A DNA stretch of 64,000 nucleotides from Candidatus Latescibacterota bacterium (GTDB taxonomy: Bacteria; Latescibacterota; UBA2968; UBA8231): positions 192,001 through 256,000 of the forward strand of contig CBDETY010000003.1 in assembly GCA_965243025.1 (NCBI GenBank), read 5' to 3'. The notes below the pieces were generated by a model. The model did not search any database, was not told where the DNA came from, and saw nothing but the letters and a program-made list of their open reading frames with translations. Below are positions 62,885 to 64,000 of the stretch, one piece after another; the first letter of the stretch is position 1; every line of letters starts with the position of its first letter. Position numbers and translations under genes: made by a program.

Positions 62885-63337
62885 TCAGGCGCCCTTCACC
62901 TCGATCTTCCTGCCCCGCTCCTCGGCGGCGCGCGGCAGGTTGACGGTCAGAAGACCGTCCCGGAAAGAGGCTTCGACTGCTTCCGCGTCGACTTCGAACG
63001 GCAGCCGGATGCGGCGGACGAACCGGCCGCTGCGGCGTTCGCGGCGGTGCCAGGTGTCCCCGTCCTTCTCTTTCTCCTCCTGACGGGAGGCGGTAAGGGC
63101 AAGGACCCCGTCATCGACCGCGACGTCGATCTCTTCCGGCTTCAGGCCAGGAAACTCGGCCCTTACGTCGAGGCCGTCCTGGTTCGAGGTTACGTCGACA
63201 GCCGGGAGATGGGCAGTGCCCGTCTCGCTCAAGTTGAAGAGACGGTCGAACTCCTCGTGGAGCGAGACGAGTCCGGAGAAAGGGCTCCGGAAGCCGGCAG
63301 CGCCGGGAACGGAGTGGCGAAAAATGGTCGGCAACAT
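62885..63337 (-). CDS. Hsp20/alpha-crystallin small heat-shock protein
   Basis: PAVDV, AEFPG, ERRSGRFVRRIRLP, ASFRDGLLTV.LP; AAGGAGG RBS. Confidence 0.93.
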   Translation of the reverse strand: MLPTIFRHSVPGAAGFRSPFSGLVSLHEEFDRLFNLSETGTAHLPAVDVTSNQDGLDVRAEFPGLKPEEIDVAVDDGVLALTASRQEEKEKDGDTWHRRERRSGRFVRRIRLPFEVDAEAVEASFRDGLLTVNLPRAAEERGRKIEVKGA

Positions 63338-63396
63338 GATGAACCTCCTTTGGTTGAGTTCGGCTTCCGCAGCCGATTGTTGCGCGACCAAGGCTG

Positions 63397-63412
63397 TGCA
63401 ATCCCCGTGCCA
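63397..63412 (-). promoter_or_regulatory. sigma54 -24/-12 promoter of hsp20
   Basis: consensus TGGCAC-GGGGA-TTGCA. Confidence 0.85.
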
Positions 63413-63660
63413 GGAATCCCCTAAGTTCCGTATCTCATTGTTTTCATTGCGCTTACTTTTCTCTCTATCCTTTTTAGACAATGGCAGTTCAAGAATGAAC
63501 CGCCATAATGGCAGCATTGGCAGTTGTCCTCCAGTTGAACGTGTCATTGTGGCATATGCCCGGGGATTTTTCTGGACCCAGGTTTGACACACAGACCGCT
63601 TTTCGTTATTCTCGGCGCGGGCCAACTGCTTAAAATACATATGGTTATTAACGGTCACCC

Positions 63661-64000
63661 ATGGCTGAGATCGCACATTCGGGTTTGAAGAATCTGGGTG
63701 AGGTTCATCGCAACCTGAGCCCGCCGCACCTGTACCGGGAAATCCTGAAACGCGGGGAGGCCGTGGTCTCCCACGACGGGGCGATCGTCGCCGAGACCGG
63801 GGACTACACCGGGCGCTCGCCAAGGGACAAGTTCATCGTCGGCGACCCCGATTCGGAAGGGGACATCTGGTGGGGGGACGTCAACCGCGAATTCCCGGGG
63901 GATTTCGACTCCCTGCACGGCAGGGTCGCCGGACACCTCGAGGGCCGCGACGTCTTCGTGCAGGATCTCTACGCCGGCGCCGACCCGGTGTACCGGCTGT
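63661..64000 (+). CDS. pckA: Phosphoenolpyruvate carboxykinase (ATP), 3'-partial
   Basis: translated by hand: MAEIAHSGLKNLGEVHRNLSPPHLY...ETGDYTGRSPRDKFIV...IWWGDVN...VFVQDLYAGAD. Confidence 0.92.
   Translation, partial: MAEIAHSGLKNLGEVHRNLSPPHLYREILKRGEAVVSHDGAIVAETGDYTGRSPRDKFIVGDPDSEGDIWWGDVNREFPGDFDSLHGRVAGHLEGRDVFVQDLYAGADPVYRL

Overview
High-GC bacterial chromosome segment. Gene content (PhyH dioxygenase, WD40 remnant, giant Fn3 protein with a T9SS/FlgD-type C-terminus, an SWGQLK-tailed secreted protein) suggests, by inference, an FCB-related lineage such as Latescibacterota, possibly a host-associated symbiont. 1-35.6 kb is mostly housekeeping: nucleotide-sugar dehydrogenases, tRNA-Met, M16 peptidase, comF, pfkA-pgk-tpiA-secG-tRNA-Leu, a Mo-hydroxylase/IMPase/DapA-like/aminotransferase cluster, a six-ASH-domain protein, rsfS-mtnA-SPOR-mltD-mreD-mrdA-rodA-TPR, two divergent sensor-less sigma54 activators, parA and two MazG-type genes. 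35.6-53.9 kb is an accessory region ending at the tmRNA 3' end: two all-in-one GAF-PAS-kinase-receiver-wHTH proteins, an atypical NarL regulator, phased repeats, an IS481 remnant and a ~3000-aa protein with ~21 Fn3 domains plus dockerin-like, cohesin-like and sorting domains. It is followed by tamA/tamB, a Zn peptidase, a sigma54-driven hsp20 and the start of pckA. Two inverted copies of a 160-bp CTAG-flanked MITE sit at TAG stop codons. No CRISPR array, rRNA or integrase was seen. Family assignments are from motif recognition only; no searches were run.
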